Virus record (IMG/VR): IMGVR_UViG_3300032304_001646
Coordinates: 1-58,903 of that record
Length of the DNA stretch: 58,903 nt
Reading direction: 5' to 3' (one strand)
Source: a virus
Lineage: Duplodnaviria > Caudoviricetes
The notes beneath the pieces were generated by a model that made no database searches, was not told the origin of the DNA, and saw only the letters and a program-made list of their open reading frames with translations. Below are positions 1 to 8,391 of this stretch, piece after piece (positions within the stretch are counted from its first letter, which is position 1; each line of letters starts with the position of its first letter). Position numbers and translations under genes: made by a program.

Positions 1-1
1 A

Positions 2-574
2 CAAATTCCTATTCAAATCTTAAAAGCAGGTATTTCCGATGAGATGTATGAAATGTATCCAGAACTAAAAGAAAAGAGAGTTGGATTGGGTGTTGCAAAT
101 ATCACAATGGAATATTTAGAAAATCTTAATCGTTTCAAATTTACCGAAGATAAAACGGAAATTAAGAATAGAATGGTTAAACAATTCCAAGCATCAGCAA
201 CTGGAATTTCCGAAAACAAATTAGATGGTAGAGGAAAAATTAACTTAGCAGAATATTTTGTGACTGTTGAGTGTTATGATTATTCGGTATCGGAAGATGA
301 AACTATAAATTTAACAAATGGTGTTAAAAATCTAATGGTAACTCGTATTGGTTTACAGGTTCGTTTTACAAACGCAGAAACTGGTGTAGTATTCGGAGCA
401 AGTGGATTGGGTGAAGCTAAAACTACAAGAGAATTAACAATACTTTCAGATGCAACTGTGGATGAAGTTAAATTTAATCAATCAACTATTTCAATAGCAA
501 CTAAGAAAGCATTAGATATTGCTTGTGCTAGAATTTTAGACAGAATGGTTAAAAAAGGAATATTCGAAAAATAA
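2..574 (+). CDS. CsgG/HfaB-like outer-membrane protein, 5'-truncated by the window edge
   Basis: The frame is open from position 2 (QIPIQILKAGISDEMYEMYPEL...). GLGVANI...RFKFTE...AEYFVTVECYD...RIGLQVRFTNAETG...GLGEA recalls the CsgG-like alpha/beta fold. Confidence 0.55.
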   Translation, partial: QIPIQILKAGISDEMYEMYPELKEKRVGLGVANITMEYLENLNRFKFTEDKTEIKNRMVKQFQASATGISENKLDGRGKINLAEYFVTVECYDYSVSEDETINLTNGVKNLMVTRIGLQVRFTNAETGVVFGASGLGEAKTTRELTILSDATVDEVKFNQSTISIATKKALDIACARILDRMVKKGIFEK

Positions 575-1110
575 TGATTAAGTTAAGAGATATACTATCG
601 GAAGACCTATTTGGGACATCATTAAAATTGAAACCATATGAATCCTTAATGGTTAAATCGGTTGTTTCTTTTATGATGGATAAGTATAAGTTTAAAGCTA
701 AGATTATAGTAAAGAAAAAAGATAAAGCAGGTATGATTGGAGACATATCATTGAACTCAAACTCTGTAGATAATAATAAATTCTATTTACATTTTAATCC
801 TAACCAATCATATAAAAGAATTATCCAATCTATGATACACGAATTAACTCACGTTAAGCAGGTATCCAAAGGTGAGTTATTACCAAACAAAGATTATACT
901 TCTATCCTATGGAAAGGTAAGGAGTATATCGATGCAAAGGAGTATGGTAAATTAATGAAATCAGATATTTCCGCATATAGAAACCTACCGTGGGAAATGG
1001 AAGCTGATACTAATATGACAGGTTTATATCCTATGTTTATTAACTCCAAACATTGGAAAGATTTAAAAGGTAAGGATGATACGTTAGATTATATAATTGA
1101 TAATATTTAA
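574..1110 (+). CDS. Putative zinc metallopeptidase (HExxH) with MIKLRDILSE leader
   Basis: MIHELTHVKQ motif plus downstream LPWEMEA (third-ligand Glu pattern); start overlaps the upstream stop (TAATG). Confidence 0.7.
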   Translation: MIKLRDILSEDLFGTSLKLKPYESLMVKSVVSFMMDKYKFKAKIIVKKKDKAGMIGDISLNSNSVDNNKFYLHFNPNQSYKRIIQSMIHELTHVKQVSKGELLPNKDYTSILWKGKEYIDAKEYGKLMKSDISAYRNLPWEMEADTNMTGLYPMFINSKHWKDLKGKDDTLDYIIDNI

Positions 1111-1114
1111 TAAT

Positions 1115-1684
1115 ATGATTAAGTTAAAGAATATATTAAACGAAGGTTCAAAAAATCCCGCTAATATAAAAGCGTATTATGAAGCATTGTGTAAGAATGA
1201 AAAGGTAACTCCTTTGCCTGTAAAATTTGGTAACGTTGGACAGGGTGGAGCGGCTTTAACATTCAATCCTAAAACAATGAAAGCTCTTTATATTTCTTTT
1301 AATGTAAATCGAATGATGGATCCTGAATATGCTGTTATTCACGAATTAACACATCAAATAAAATTAGAAACCGAAAAGGATGCATATTTGGGGAAAAAAG
1401 ACCAAACTGCTAAATTCAAAAAATTAGAAAATAAATTAGTTGAAAAATATATGTACTCTAAGTTTTCAAATATATTGTATAAGGAAAATAAAGAAATGAA
1501 TGAAAAGTTTTCAGTACAAGGTATGCGTGCTAGAGAAATAATATCTACTATATTAACAAAGACAGATTTCGCAGCAGGAGATATTGATTCTCAAAAGAAA
1601 CATAAAAGAATGATAGATGATTTAGTAAACATTCTTAATAACTTTTATGAAAAATATAATATAGATAAAAAAATTACATTGTGA
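1115..1684 (+). CDS. Putative zinc metallopeptidase (HExxH) with MIKLKNILNE leader
   Basis: AVIHELTHQ motif; start moved from 1097 to the ATG at 1115, which restores the shared leader. Confidence 0.6.
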   Translation: MIKLKNILNEGSKNPANIKAYYEALCKNEKVTPLPVKFGNVGQGGAALTFNPKTMKALYISFNVNRMMDPEYAVIHELTHQIKLETEKDAYLGKKDQTAKFKKLENKLVEKYMYSKFSNILYKENKEMNEKFSVQGMRAREIISTILTKTDFAAGDIDSQKKHKRMIDDLVNILNNFYEKYNIDKKITL

Positions 1685-2415
1685 TTAAACTAACTGATAT
1701 ATTAAACGAAGGGGTTAAAGATGGTGTAGTTACATGTGATAAATGTAATTGGCATTGGAATATATCAGATGGTGGAAAACATCCATACATATGTCATAAA
1801 TGTGGAAACGATAACACTCCAATAAGTGAAGACCTTCGTAAATGGTTTGGTAAAGGCGGAGGAGGTTCATCAACCGGTGGTGGATGGGATAGATATAATT
1901 CACAGGGAAAAAAAGTAGGCAAGTGTGGTGATAGTAAAGATGGTTCAGCATATGCGGCTTGTTTATCAAAAGAGAAAGCAGCAAAGTTAGGACCCGATGG
2001 TAGGGCTTCATTTGTAAAAAGAAAAAGAGCTGCTCAATCCAAAGCGGGTGATTCTAAAAAAGGTGGTGAACGAAAAAAAGGACAGAGACCAACATTAGTA
2101 AAGACAGGTGCAAGTGAAAATGTAAAAGAAGATTGGTCTCAAAAATATAAAAAATCAATTGATTGTAGTAACCCAAAGGGTTTTTCACAAAAAGCACATT
2201 GTGCCGGAAAAAAGAAAAACGAAAATATGAAACTAACAGTAGAACAAAAGATGGAACTATTTTTAGAAAAGAATGTTCCAACACAACCAGCAAAATGGGC
2301 AGCATCCGTAGCAGCAGCTAAACGAAAATTTGATGTATATCCATCTGCTTATGCAAATGGTTGGGCTGCAAAAAATTATAAAGCCAAAGGTGGTGGTTGG
2401 AGAACCGCTAAATAA
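1681..2415 (+). CDS. Basic multi-module protein, probable head-internal polyprotein
   Basis: GTG start, MIKLTDILNE leader. Modules: CDKC...CHKC zinc ribbon; E/DLRKWF; E/DWSQKYKKSIDCSNPKGFSQKAHC; E/KNVPT...KFDVYPSAYANGW. Confidence 0.6.
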   Translation: MIKLTDILNEGVKDGVVTCDKCNWHWNISDGGKHPYICHKCGNDNTPISEDLRKWFGKGGGGSSTGGGWDRYNSQGKKVGKCGDSKDGSAYAACLSKEKAAKLGPDGRASFVKRKRAAQSKAGDSKKGGERKKGQRPTLVKTGASENVKEDWSQKYKKSIDCSNPKGFSQKAHCAGKKKNENMKLTVEQKMELFLEKNVPTQPAKWAASVAAAKRKFDVYPSAYANGWAAKNYKAKGGGWRTAK

Positions 2416-2416
2416 T

Positions 2417-2626
2417 ATGATAAAGTTAAGTAGTTTAATCAACGAAGTAGAAGTAGGACAGGGACACGAAAACGATAGAGATATGGTTGTAGGTGTTGCT
2501 GAAATACTTCGTATGGTAGATGATATGAACAATCGAAAAGAAATAGCAGAAGCTATGTTAAGAAAATTTAAATCAGAAGATGTTATACATAATGCAGCAG
2601 AATTTTTAACACTTTGTGGCATTTAA
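2417..2626 (+). CDS. Small hypothetical protein with MIKLSSLINE leader
   Basis: ATG at 2417, just after the upstream stop; shared leader motif. Confidence 0.65.
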   Translation: MIKLSSLINEVEVGQGHENDRDMVVGVAEILRMVDDMNNRKEIAEAMLRKFKSEDVIHNAAEFLTLCGI

Positions 2627-2646
2627 TAATAATATATTAATACAAT

Positions 2647-2671
2647 GACCCTCACTTAAAATGTGGGGGTT
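2647..2671 (+). terminator. Putative intrinsic terminator hairpin
   Basis: GACCCTCAC-TTAAAAT-GTGGGGGTT stem with G-U pairs in the intergenic gap; weak U tail. Confidence 0.5.
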
Positions 2672-2685
2672 AATTATTTATACCT

Positions 2686-3381
2686 ATGAAAGATTTACTA
2701 ACTATTGTAATCCCTTGTAAAAACGAAAATGATAACATCTATGAATGTATTGGGTTTATTGCAAAGCAAGTGGGATGTACTGGAACTAAAGTTATTATTG
2801 CAGATACTTCCGATGTAGAAGAATCTCTTTGGTGGTTATGGAAAGCACAAAACGAATACAAATACTCATTAAATATAGAAGTAATAAAAGGTGGGTTTCC
2901 TGCTAAGGCAAGATTAGAAGGAAGTAAATTAGTAACCACTCCTTACGTTCTTTTTTTAGATGCAGATATAATGTTACGAAATAAATTCGTATTGGGTGAA
3001 TGTTTAGCATACAATACCAATTTAGTAACTGTACCATTCGAAACTGAAAGGGGATTTAATTGGATATTTAAATTATTTGATATTCAGCAAATATTAAGTA
3101 ATTGGTTAGGCACTCCATTTGCTATCGGTGGATTCCAATTATGGAAAACTGAAGCATATTGGAAAACGGGTGGATACAATGAAACTCATTTGTTCGCAGA
3201 AGATTATTGGGTTTCACAAAAAGCAGAAAGTATGAAGATACATAATACAAAAGGTGTATGGACATCTGCAAGAAGATTTAAAAAGAAAGGATTCCTTTAC
3301 ATGTTTTTATTAACTATAAAATGCTACATAAACCGAAACAACAATTCATTCTTCCAAAAACATCACAATTATTGGATATGA
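2686..3381 (+). CDS. Glycosyltransferase family 2
   Basis: LTIVIPCKNE N-terminus, VIIAD, LFLDAD (DxD), GGY..AED, TSARRF motifs. Confidence 0.9.
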   Translation: MKDLLTIVIPCKNENDNIYECIGFIAKQVGCTGTKVIIADTSDVEESLWWLWKAQNEYKYSLNIEVIKGGFPAKARLEGSKLVTTPYVLFLDADIMLRNKFVLGECLAYNTNLVTVPFETERGFNWIFKLFDIQQILSNWLGTPFAIGGFQLWKTEAYWKTGGYNETHLFAEDYWVSQKAESMKIHNTKGVWTSARRFKKKGFLYMFLLTIKCYINRNNNSFFQKHHNYWI

Positions 3382-4121
3382 AACATAGAGCAATCATAGT
3401 ATCCGATTTACATTTGGGAATTAAAGATAGTAAGGCGGATGAATTTATAGAATTCTTAGATAAACACCCAACTGACCTTCTTATTCTTAATGGGGATATA
3501 ATTGATGGATGGGCTTTAAATAGAGGAGCTAAGTGGAAGAAAAAACACACTAAAGTTATTTCTAAAATATTAAAGTTATCTAATAAAACACAAATAATTT
3601 GGATAAGAGGAAACCACGATGAATTTATACAAGAATTCATTGGGACGAATTTTGGACACATTGAAATTAAAGAAGATTATGTACTTAATACAAAAACTTG
3701 GGTGGAGGATGATGTATATAGGAATGAAAGGTATTACATTTTTCACGGAGATGTTGTGGATGTTTTTATAACCAAATACAAATGGTTATCAAAGATAGGT
3801 GCAGTTGGATATGATTTTGCACTATGGTTGAATAGAGTTTATAATGGATATCGTAAATGGAGAAAGTTACCATATATTTCAATATCACAAAAAATTAAAC
3901 AAAGTGTTAAAGCTGCAACCAACTATATAAACGATTTCGAAACAACCGCCTTATCAATGGCCCATAAAAAAGGATGTAATGGGGTAATTTGTGGGCACAT
4001 TCATCAACCTGCGGATATAATGATTGATGAAAAAAGATATCTCAATAGTGGGGATTGGATTGAGAATATGAGTGCTGTTTTGGTAGATTATGACGGTAAG
4101 TTATATTTATACCAAAGATAG
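3378..4121 (+). CDS. Calcineurin-like metallophosphoesterase, UDP-2,3-diacylglucosamine diphosphatase (LpxH)-like
   Basis: SDLHLG, NGDIIDGW, RGNHD, FHGD, CGHIH, YLNSGDW motifs; ATGA overlap with the GT2 stop sets the start at 3378. Confidence 0.85.
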   Translation: MKHRAIIVSDLHLGIKDSKADEFIEFLDKHPTDLLILNGDIIDGWALNRGAKWKKKHTKVISKILKLSNKTQIIWIRGNHDEFIQEFIGTNFGHIEIKEDYVLNTKTWVEDDVYRNERYYIFHGDVVDVFITKYKWLSKIGAVGYDFALWLNRVYNGYRKWRKLPYISISQKIKQSVKAATNYINDFETTALSMAHKKGCNGVICGHIHQPADIMIDEKRYLNSGDWIENMSAVLVDYDGKLYLYQR

Positions 4122-4125
4122 TACT

Positions 4126-4308
4126 ATGAAAACAAAATTAACAGCACTTGCGTTTACGTTGGTTGCATTATTAGTAGCCACCGGATTTGGATTTATATTT
4201 TATAAATTCACTAGTCAAACATTATCGGTAATGATAGGTTTTATATGTTTAATATTTATAAGACACACATACTTTGCCATTCACGAAACTTTAAAACAAA
4301 AACAATAA
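4126..4308 (+). CDS. Small membrane protein with two predicted TM helices
   Basis: MKTKLTALAFTLVALLVATGFGFIFY...VMIGFICLIFI; TATTTATA motif at 4104 upstream. Confidence 0.6.
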   Translation: MKTKLTALAFTLVALLVATGFGFIFYKFTSQTLSVMIGFICLIFIRHTYFAIHETLKQKQ

Positions 4309-4312
4309 AATT

Positions 4313-4621
4313 ATGAAAAGAATATTATCAATTGTATTGGTTTTATGGGGTGTAATGTTTTTAACAAATTGTACACCTGTAAGATATGTATATGTAGACC
4401 CTAAAGATTCAGTAGTAGTAAAACAAAGAGTGGTATATGATAATTTATATATACAATCTCCGCTATTCTTAAATTATAATTGGATTAGACCTTATTATAA
4501 TCCAATCATTATACAAAGAAACCGACCTATTATAGTACCTAATAATCGTTACATTCCTAGATTTGCTCCACAAAGACGAACTATTCCAAATAGACCTTTG
4601 CCTAAGAGAGTACCAAGATAA
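4313..4621 (+). CDS. Putative lipoprotein with Pro/Arg-rich tail
   Basis: Signal peptide MKRILSIVLVLWGVMFLTN followed by Cys. Confidence 0.6.
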   Translation: MKRILSIVLVLWGVMFLTNCTPVRYVYVDPKDSVVVKQRVVYDNLYIQSPLFLNYNWIRPYYNPIIIQRNRPIIVPNNRYIPRFAPQRRTIPNRPLPKRVPR

Positions 4622-4629
4622 ACGAATTA

Positions 4630-6015
4630 ATGAGAAGATGGGTAGTATGTTTAACGATAATTGTTATGTCTTTATTCGCAAAAAATGCGATAGGACAAAC
4701 TTATACCCAAACCTATAAGGATAAATGTACCGGTGAAATTAAGATTGCAACTACCACAATTACAAATGGTTTTGCAACCGTATCTTTTTATAATCAGGTC
4801 AGAGTATTTTCTCCACAAGAAGTAATGGCAGGCGCAGTTCAATTATTTATAACTGCAACATATACGGCATACTCAACTATGGGATGTCCAACTAATCAGG
4901 TTGTACAACAAACGGTAACAAATGCAGTAGCACAAGCAACATCACAAGCGGCATCGGCAGCAGCTTCAGCGGCAGCATCCGCAGCAAGTGGAGCTGCATC
5001 TTCTGCAGCAAGTTCAGCAGCTAGTGGGGCAGCGAGTTCAGCAGCTTCATCATCTGCATCAACATCAGTTAGTTCTTCACCACCACCTACATCATCGGGA
5101 AATAGTTCTAGTAGTAGTTCATCTTCATCATCTGGTAGTTCATCTTCATCATCGGAAACAAAGACTGAAACTAAAACAGAGACCAAATCCGAAACAAAAT
5201 CAGAGAGTAAGTCAGAATCAAAAGAGGAATCTAAATCAGAAAGTAAATCGGAAGAAAAAAAAGAGGAATCTAAATCGGAGGAGAAGAAGGAAGAATCTAA
5301 AGAAGAAAAGAAAGAGGAGAAGAAGGAAGAAAAGAAAGAGGAGAAGAAGAAAGCAATAGCAAACCCAATGCTGTTGGCTAGTGATTTAGCTGGTACTGAA
5401 GATATGGAAGGTAGATATGCAGTAATGATGAGTGTGGGTGTTTCCAAATCATCCTTAATGGGTGATAAATCATATTCAGCTACCGCACTTATTTGGAGTA
5501 CCCTAAACCAATTTGCATTGAGTGCTGGGGTGACTAAGATGGATTTTGAGGAGGGTAAATTAAATGCGATACATTCATATGGAACTACATTTGCTTACCT
5601 TAAAGGAACTCTAATGAACCTTAATGGATATACTTACATCAAACCACATCCTAAGTACGGAACATTTGGATATAATGTGGGTGTAATTACGTTAATGATG
5701 CCAAATGTAGGAAGTGGAGGATATAGTGTATCCTTAAGTGCATCGGCAGTTGGATTTTGGATGAAACCATATCAGTATAGCAGAAAAGTTACAATAACCC
5801 CACAGGCATTTGTAATGCAATCCCCAATAGCTTGGAATACAATGACTGGTAATAGTTCGGTAAGTAGAACGCCAGGTGCAATTATAGGATTGGGATATGA
5901 TTACAAAATTAGTAAAAGATTTGGATTATCTACATCATATAGAGGTGCAATGACCTTTGAACCTAACTTTAGTTTACTACATAACTTCCAAATCGGGTCA
6001 AAAATGATATTTTAG
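4630..6015 (+). CDS. Secreted protein with low-complexity linker and probable C-terminal outer-membrane beta-barrel
   Basis: N-terminal signal peptide, Ala/Ser then Glu/Lys repeats, amphipathic beta-strand pattern, terminal Phe (QIGSKMIF). Confidence 0.6.
   Translation: MRRWVVCLTIIVMSLFAKNAIGQTYTQTYKDKCTGEIKIATTTITNGFATVSFYNQVRVFSPQEVMAGAVQLFITATYTAYSTMGCPTNQVVQQTVTNAVAQATSQAASAAASAAASAASGAASSAASSAASGAASSAASSSASTSVSSSPPPTSSGNSSSSSSSSSSGSSSSSSETKTETKTETKSETKSESKSESKEESKSESKSEEKKEESKSEEKKEESKEEKKEEKKEEKKEEKKKAIANPMLLASDLAGTEDMEGRYAVMMSVGVSKSSLMGDKSYSATALIWSTLNQFALSAGVTKMDFEEGKLNAIHSYGTTFAYLKGTLMNLNGYTYIKPHPKYGTFGYNVGVITLMMPNVGSGGYSVSLSASAVGFWMKPYQYSRKVTITPQAFVMQSPIAWNTMTGNSSVSRTPGAIIGLGYDYKISKRFGLSTSYRGAMTFEPNFSLLHNFQIGSKMIF
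4930..5350 (+). repeat. Coding low-complexity tract (ASAAAS / poly-S / ETKT / ESKS / EEKK)
   Basis: Directly visible degenerate short tandem repeats inside the 461-aa ORF. Confidence 0.9.
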
Positions 6016-6025
6016 AATAATTGAA

Positions 6026-6033
6026 TATTTATA
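6026..6033 (+). promoter_or_regulatory. TATTTATA putative phage late promoter element
   Basis: Recurrent 8-mer in short intergenic gaps a few to about 40 nt upstream of start codons. Confidence 0.6.
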
Positions 6034-6051
6034 CACATAAAATAATATATT

Positions 6052-6702
6052 ATGAAAAAATTTGTTAATTTCAAAAACATTGCCATAGCAGCATTAATAA
6101 TTTACATCCTTTTACAATGGTTTAATCCAGGTGGAGTAATGCCAGGTGGAAGAACTATCAGAATTGATGGTAAAAAATACGAAGTAATTAAGCACGAAAT
6201 AGATACGGTTGATATTGTAAAGACTAAAGTGGTAACTAAAAAAGGTGAAGATATCTACCACGAAACAATTGTAGAGAAAGAAGTAATTATCCCAGCCGTA
6301 ATTGATACTTTAGCATTATTAAAAGATTATTATTCAAAAGTATTATATAAAGATACATTAATTTTACCTGATTCATTAGGGACTGTATCTGTAATCGATA
6401 CTATTTCACAAAACAAAATCTTAGGTAGAACTTTCAACGCAAGTGTTAAACAAAGAACTATCAAAGAAACTATGATTGTGAAAGAGCCTGCAAAAACTCA
6501 ATTGTATTATGGTTTGAATGCTGGATTTAACAAAGAAGATTATGTTTCAGCAGTTGGAGCTGGTTTTATTCTTAAAACTAAAAAGGATAAAATCTATAAC
6601 TTAAACATTGGTGTAAACAATAGAACTGTTGATGGAACTAATGGTTCATTTTCACCTTATGTTGGATTTGGTACTTATTGGAAAATTAAAGTAAAGAAAT
6701 AA
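6052..6702 (+). CDS. Membrane-anchored envelope protein (possibly spanin-like)
   Basis: N-terminal TM segment (IAIAALIIYILLQWF), periplasmic beta-rich region, C-terminal aromatic beta strands. Confidence 0.45.
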   Translation: MKKFVNFKNIAIAALIIYILLQWFNPGGVMPGGRTIRIDGKKYEVIKHEIDTVDIVKTKVVTKKGEDIYHETIVEKEVIIPAVIDTLALLKDYYSKVLYKDTLILPDSLGTVSVIDTISQNKILGRTFNASVKQRTIKETMIVKEPAKTQLYYGLNAGFNKEDYVSAVGAGFILKTKKDKIYNLNIGVNNRTVDGTNGSFSPYVGFGTYWKIKVKK

Positions 6703-6703
6703 G

Positions 6704-7516
6704 ATGATAAGTTTAAAGAAAATATTAAATAAAGAACCACAATCGATAAACGAAGTAACATTACAAAAAGGTAAAACTTATGGTGGTACTAAATGTGAAG
6801 GTGGATGTTTTATGGGTAAAGAAGGTTTAAAGAAAATAATTAAAATATCAAAGGATTCTCCCAAAGATGTTTTTATGTTTAGAGATGATAACTATTCTGG
6901 ATTACAACCACATTTTGTTAAAGATGGTGTAATTGCAAAAGCGACTGTACTCAATCCGGCTTATGATTTAGAAAAACATAAAGTAAGAAATTTGAATATT
7001 GGTAAGGATGTAATTCTTACAGTAAGATTATTCGTATCAACAAATGAATCGGTAAACGAAGGTTTGTATTTTGTGGGATATAATAAAGGTAGAGGACAAG
7101 GTACAGGAGTTTTTAAAGATTCGTATTCATCATATAAAGATGCTAAGAAAGCAGTAGAAAAACTTGAAAAGGAAAGAGGTGGTTCATATAATATGATTGC
7201 TTATTATGTATCTGATAAAGATGGAAAATTTGTAAGAGAATCGGTGAACGAAGCAAAAGCACCTTACGAAGTATATCACAAATCATATACATCAGCAATT
7301 GAAGCAGCTAGAGAATATGCAGAGAAAAAAGGATTTGAAATAGATAATGATGATGCTTTTAGAAAAATAGGAGTAGGACCTCGTAAACCATCGGAAGGTA
7401 AAACTAATAGTTTTAGCATACAATTATCTAAAGATGGTAAATCACAAAGAAAGCAACTTCATATACAAGTCTATGGTATGAAGAATTCTTATGAACTAAA
7501 CGCATATATCGGATAA
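6704..7516 (+). CDS. Multi-module protein with SINE/ESVNE linkers, probable head-internal polyprotein
   Basis: MISLKKILNKEPQSINE leader and two internal ESVNE linkers dividing three modules. Confidence 0.6.
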   Translation: MISLKKILNKEPQSINEVTLQKGKTYGGTKCEGGCFMGKEGLKKIIKISKDSPKDVFMFRDDNYSGLQPHFVKDGVIAKATVLNPAYDLEKHKVRNLNIGKDVILTVRLFVSTNESVNEGLYFVGYNKGRGQGTGVFKDSYSSYKDAKKAVEKLEKERGGSYNMIAYYVSDKDGKFVRESVNEAKAPYEVYHKSYTSAIEAAREYAEKKGFEIDNDDAFRKIGVGPRKPSEGKTNSFSIQLSKDGKSQRKQLHIQVYGMKNSYELNAYIG

Positions 7517-7519
7517 TAA

Positions 7520-8335
7520 ATGAAACTTTCAGAGTGCATTATTGTATCTAAGGAAATTAAAGATAAATTTATTCTAGCTAAGAATAGAGATAGAGCTTAT
7601 AATCCATCTTTAGAAATTGTACATACTATCATTGATGGTTTGGAAGTTGCATATCTACATGATTTAATAACTGATTGGAGTGAAGGTTTAAATGAAAATG
7701 GAATTGGTGTTGTAAACGCAGCACTATTAGTTGGACATGATGAAGCTGAAGCTAAGCTTGTAAAGAAAGCTGGAAAGCCGGGACCTGATGGTGATAAGAT
7801 GAGAAACATCATTAAGCAACCTACCCTAATGGCTGCAGTAAGAGCAGCACTTCAATATAAAGGTAAGACTGGATTATCTTTGAAAGGTCACACATTTGTA
7901 TCATCACCAAAACATATGGTTAGTATTGAAACTACATCAAAGCATAAGCCGGATGTTAAACTTCAAAACTCCGAATCACCTGTTGTTCGTACAAATCACG
8001 GACATATGTTTACCGATGCTGGATATACACATGGTGAAAAATATCTAAGTTCAAAAATGAGAAAGATATCAGCTGAAAAATCAGTTGATAAAGTAGATGA
8101 TTGGAAAGAGATATCACAAGCTATGAGAAAGGAATACTTTCCAAATAGACCGGCTCTTAATATGAAAAGAGATACAAAAGAGATGTCTACTTCATCTCAA
8201 ACTGTAATGAACCTAACTGATAAGATATTACAAATAACTTACTTTAAGAACAAAGTAAATGAATTCAAAGGTATCAATAGACAACTACCTGATGGATATC
8301 AACCAAAGATTACAATTGAAGTAATCGCAGTTTAA
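7520..8335 (+). CDS. N-terminal nucleophile (Cys) hydrolase, NRDE/TANGO2- or C45-like
   Basis: MKLSE-CIIVS...LAKNRDR, WSEGLNENGIGVVN, VVRTNHG, TSSQTVMNL motifs typical of Ntn hydrolases. Confidence 0.7.
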   Translation: MKLSECIIVSKEIKDKFILAKNRDRAYNPSLEIVHTIIDGLEVAYLHDLITDWSEGLNENGIGVVNAALLVGHDEAEAKLVKKAGKPGPDGDKMRNIIKQPTLMAAVRAALQYKGKTGLSLKGHTFVSSPKHMVSIETTSKHKPDVKLQNSESPVVRTNHGHMFTDAGYTHGEKYLSSKMRKISAEKSVDKVDDWKEISQAMRKEYFPNRPALNMKRDTKEMSTSSQTVMNLTDKILQITYFKNKVNEFKGINRQLPDGYQPKITIEVIAV

Positions 8336-8357
8336 TTTCAACATTTTAATAGAACCA

Positions 8358-8365
8358 TATTTATA
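8358..8365 (+). promoter_or_regulatory. TATTTATA putative late promoter element
   Basis: Motif upstream of the baseplate cluster. Confidence 0.6.
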
Positions 8366-8391
8366 TACATACAAAATGTAAATATATTAAT

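Noticed and set aside
4896-5447. 183-aa minus-strand ORF and 123-aa Arg/Lys-rich alternate-frame ORF (4988..5359)
   Set aside because: Shadows of the low-complexity repeat in the 461-aa gene; no independent start signals.
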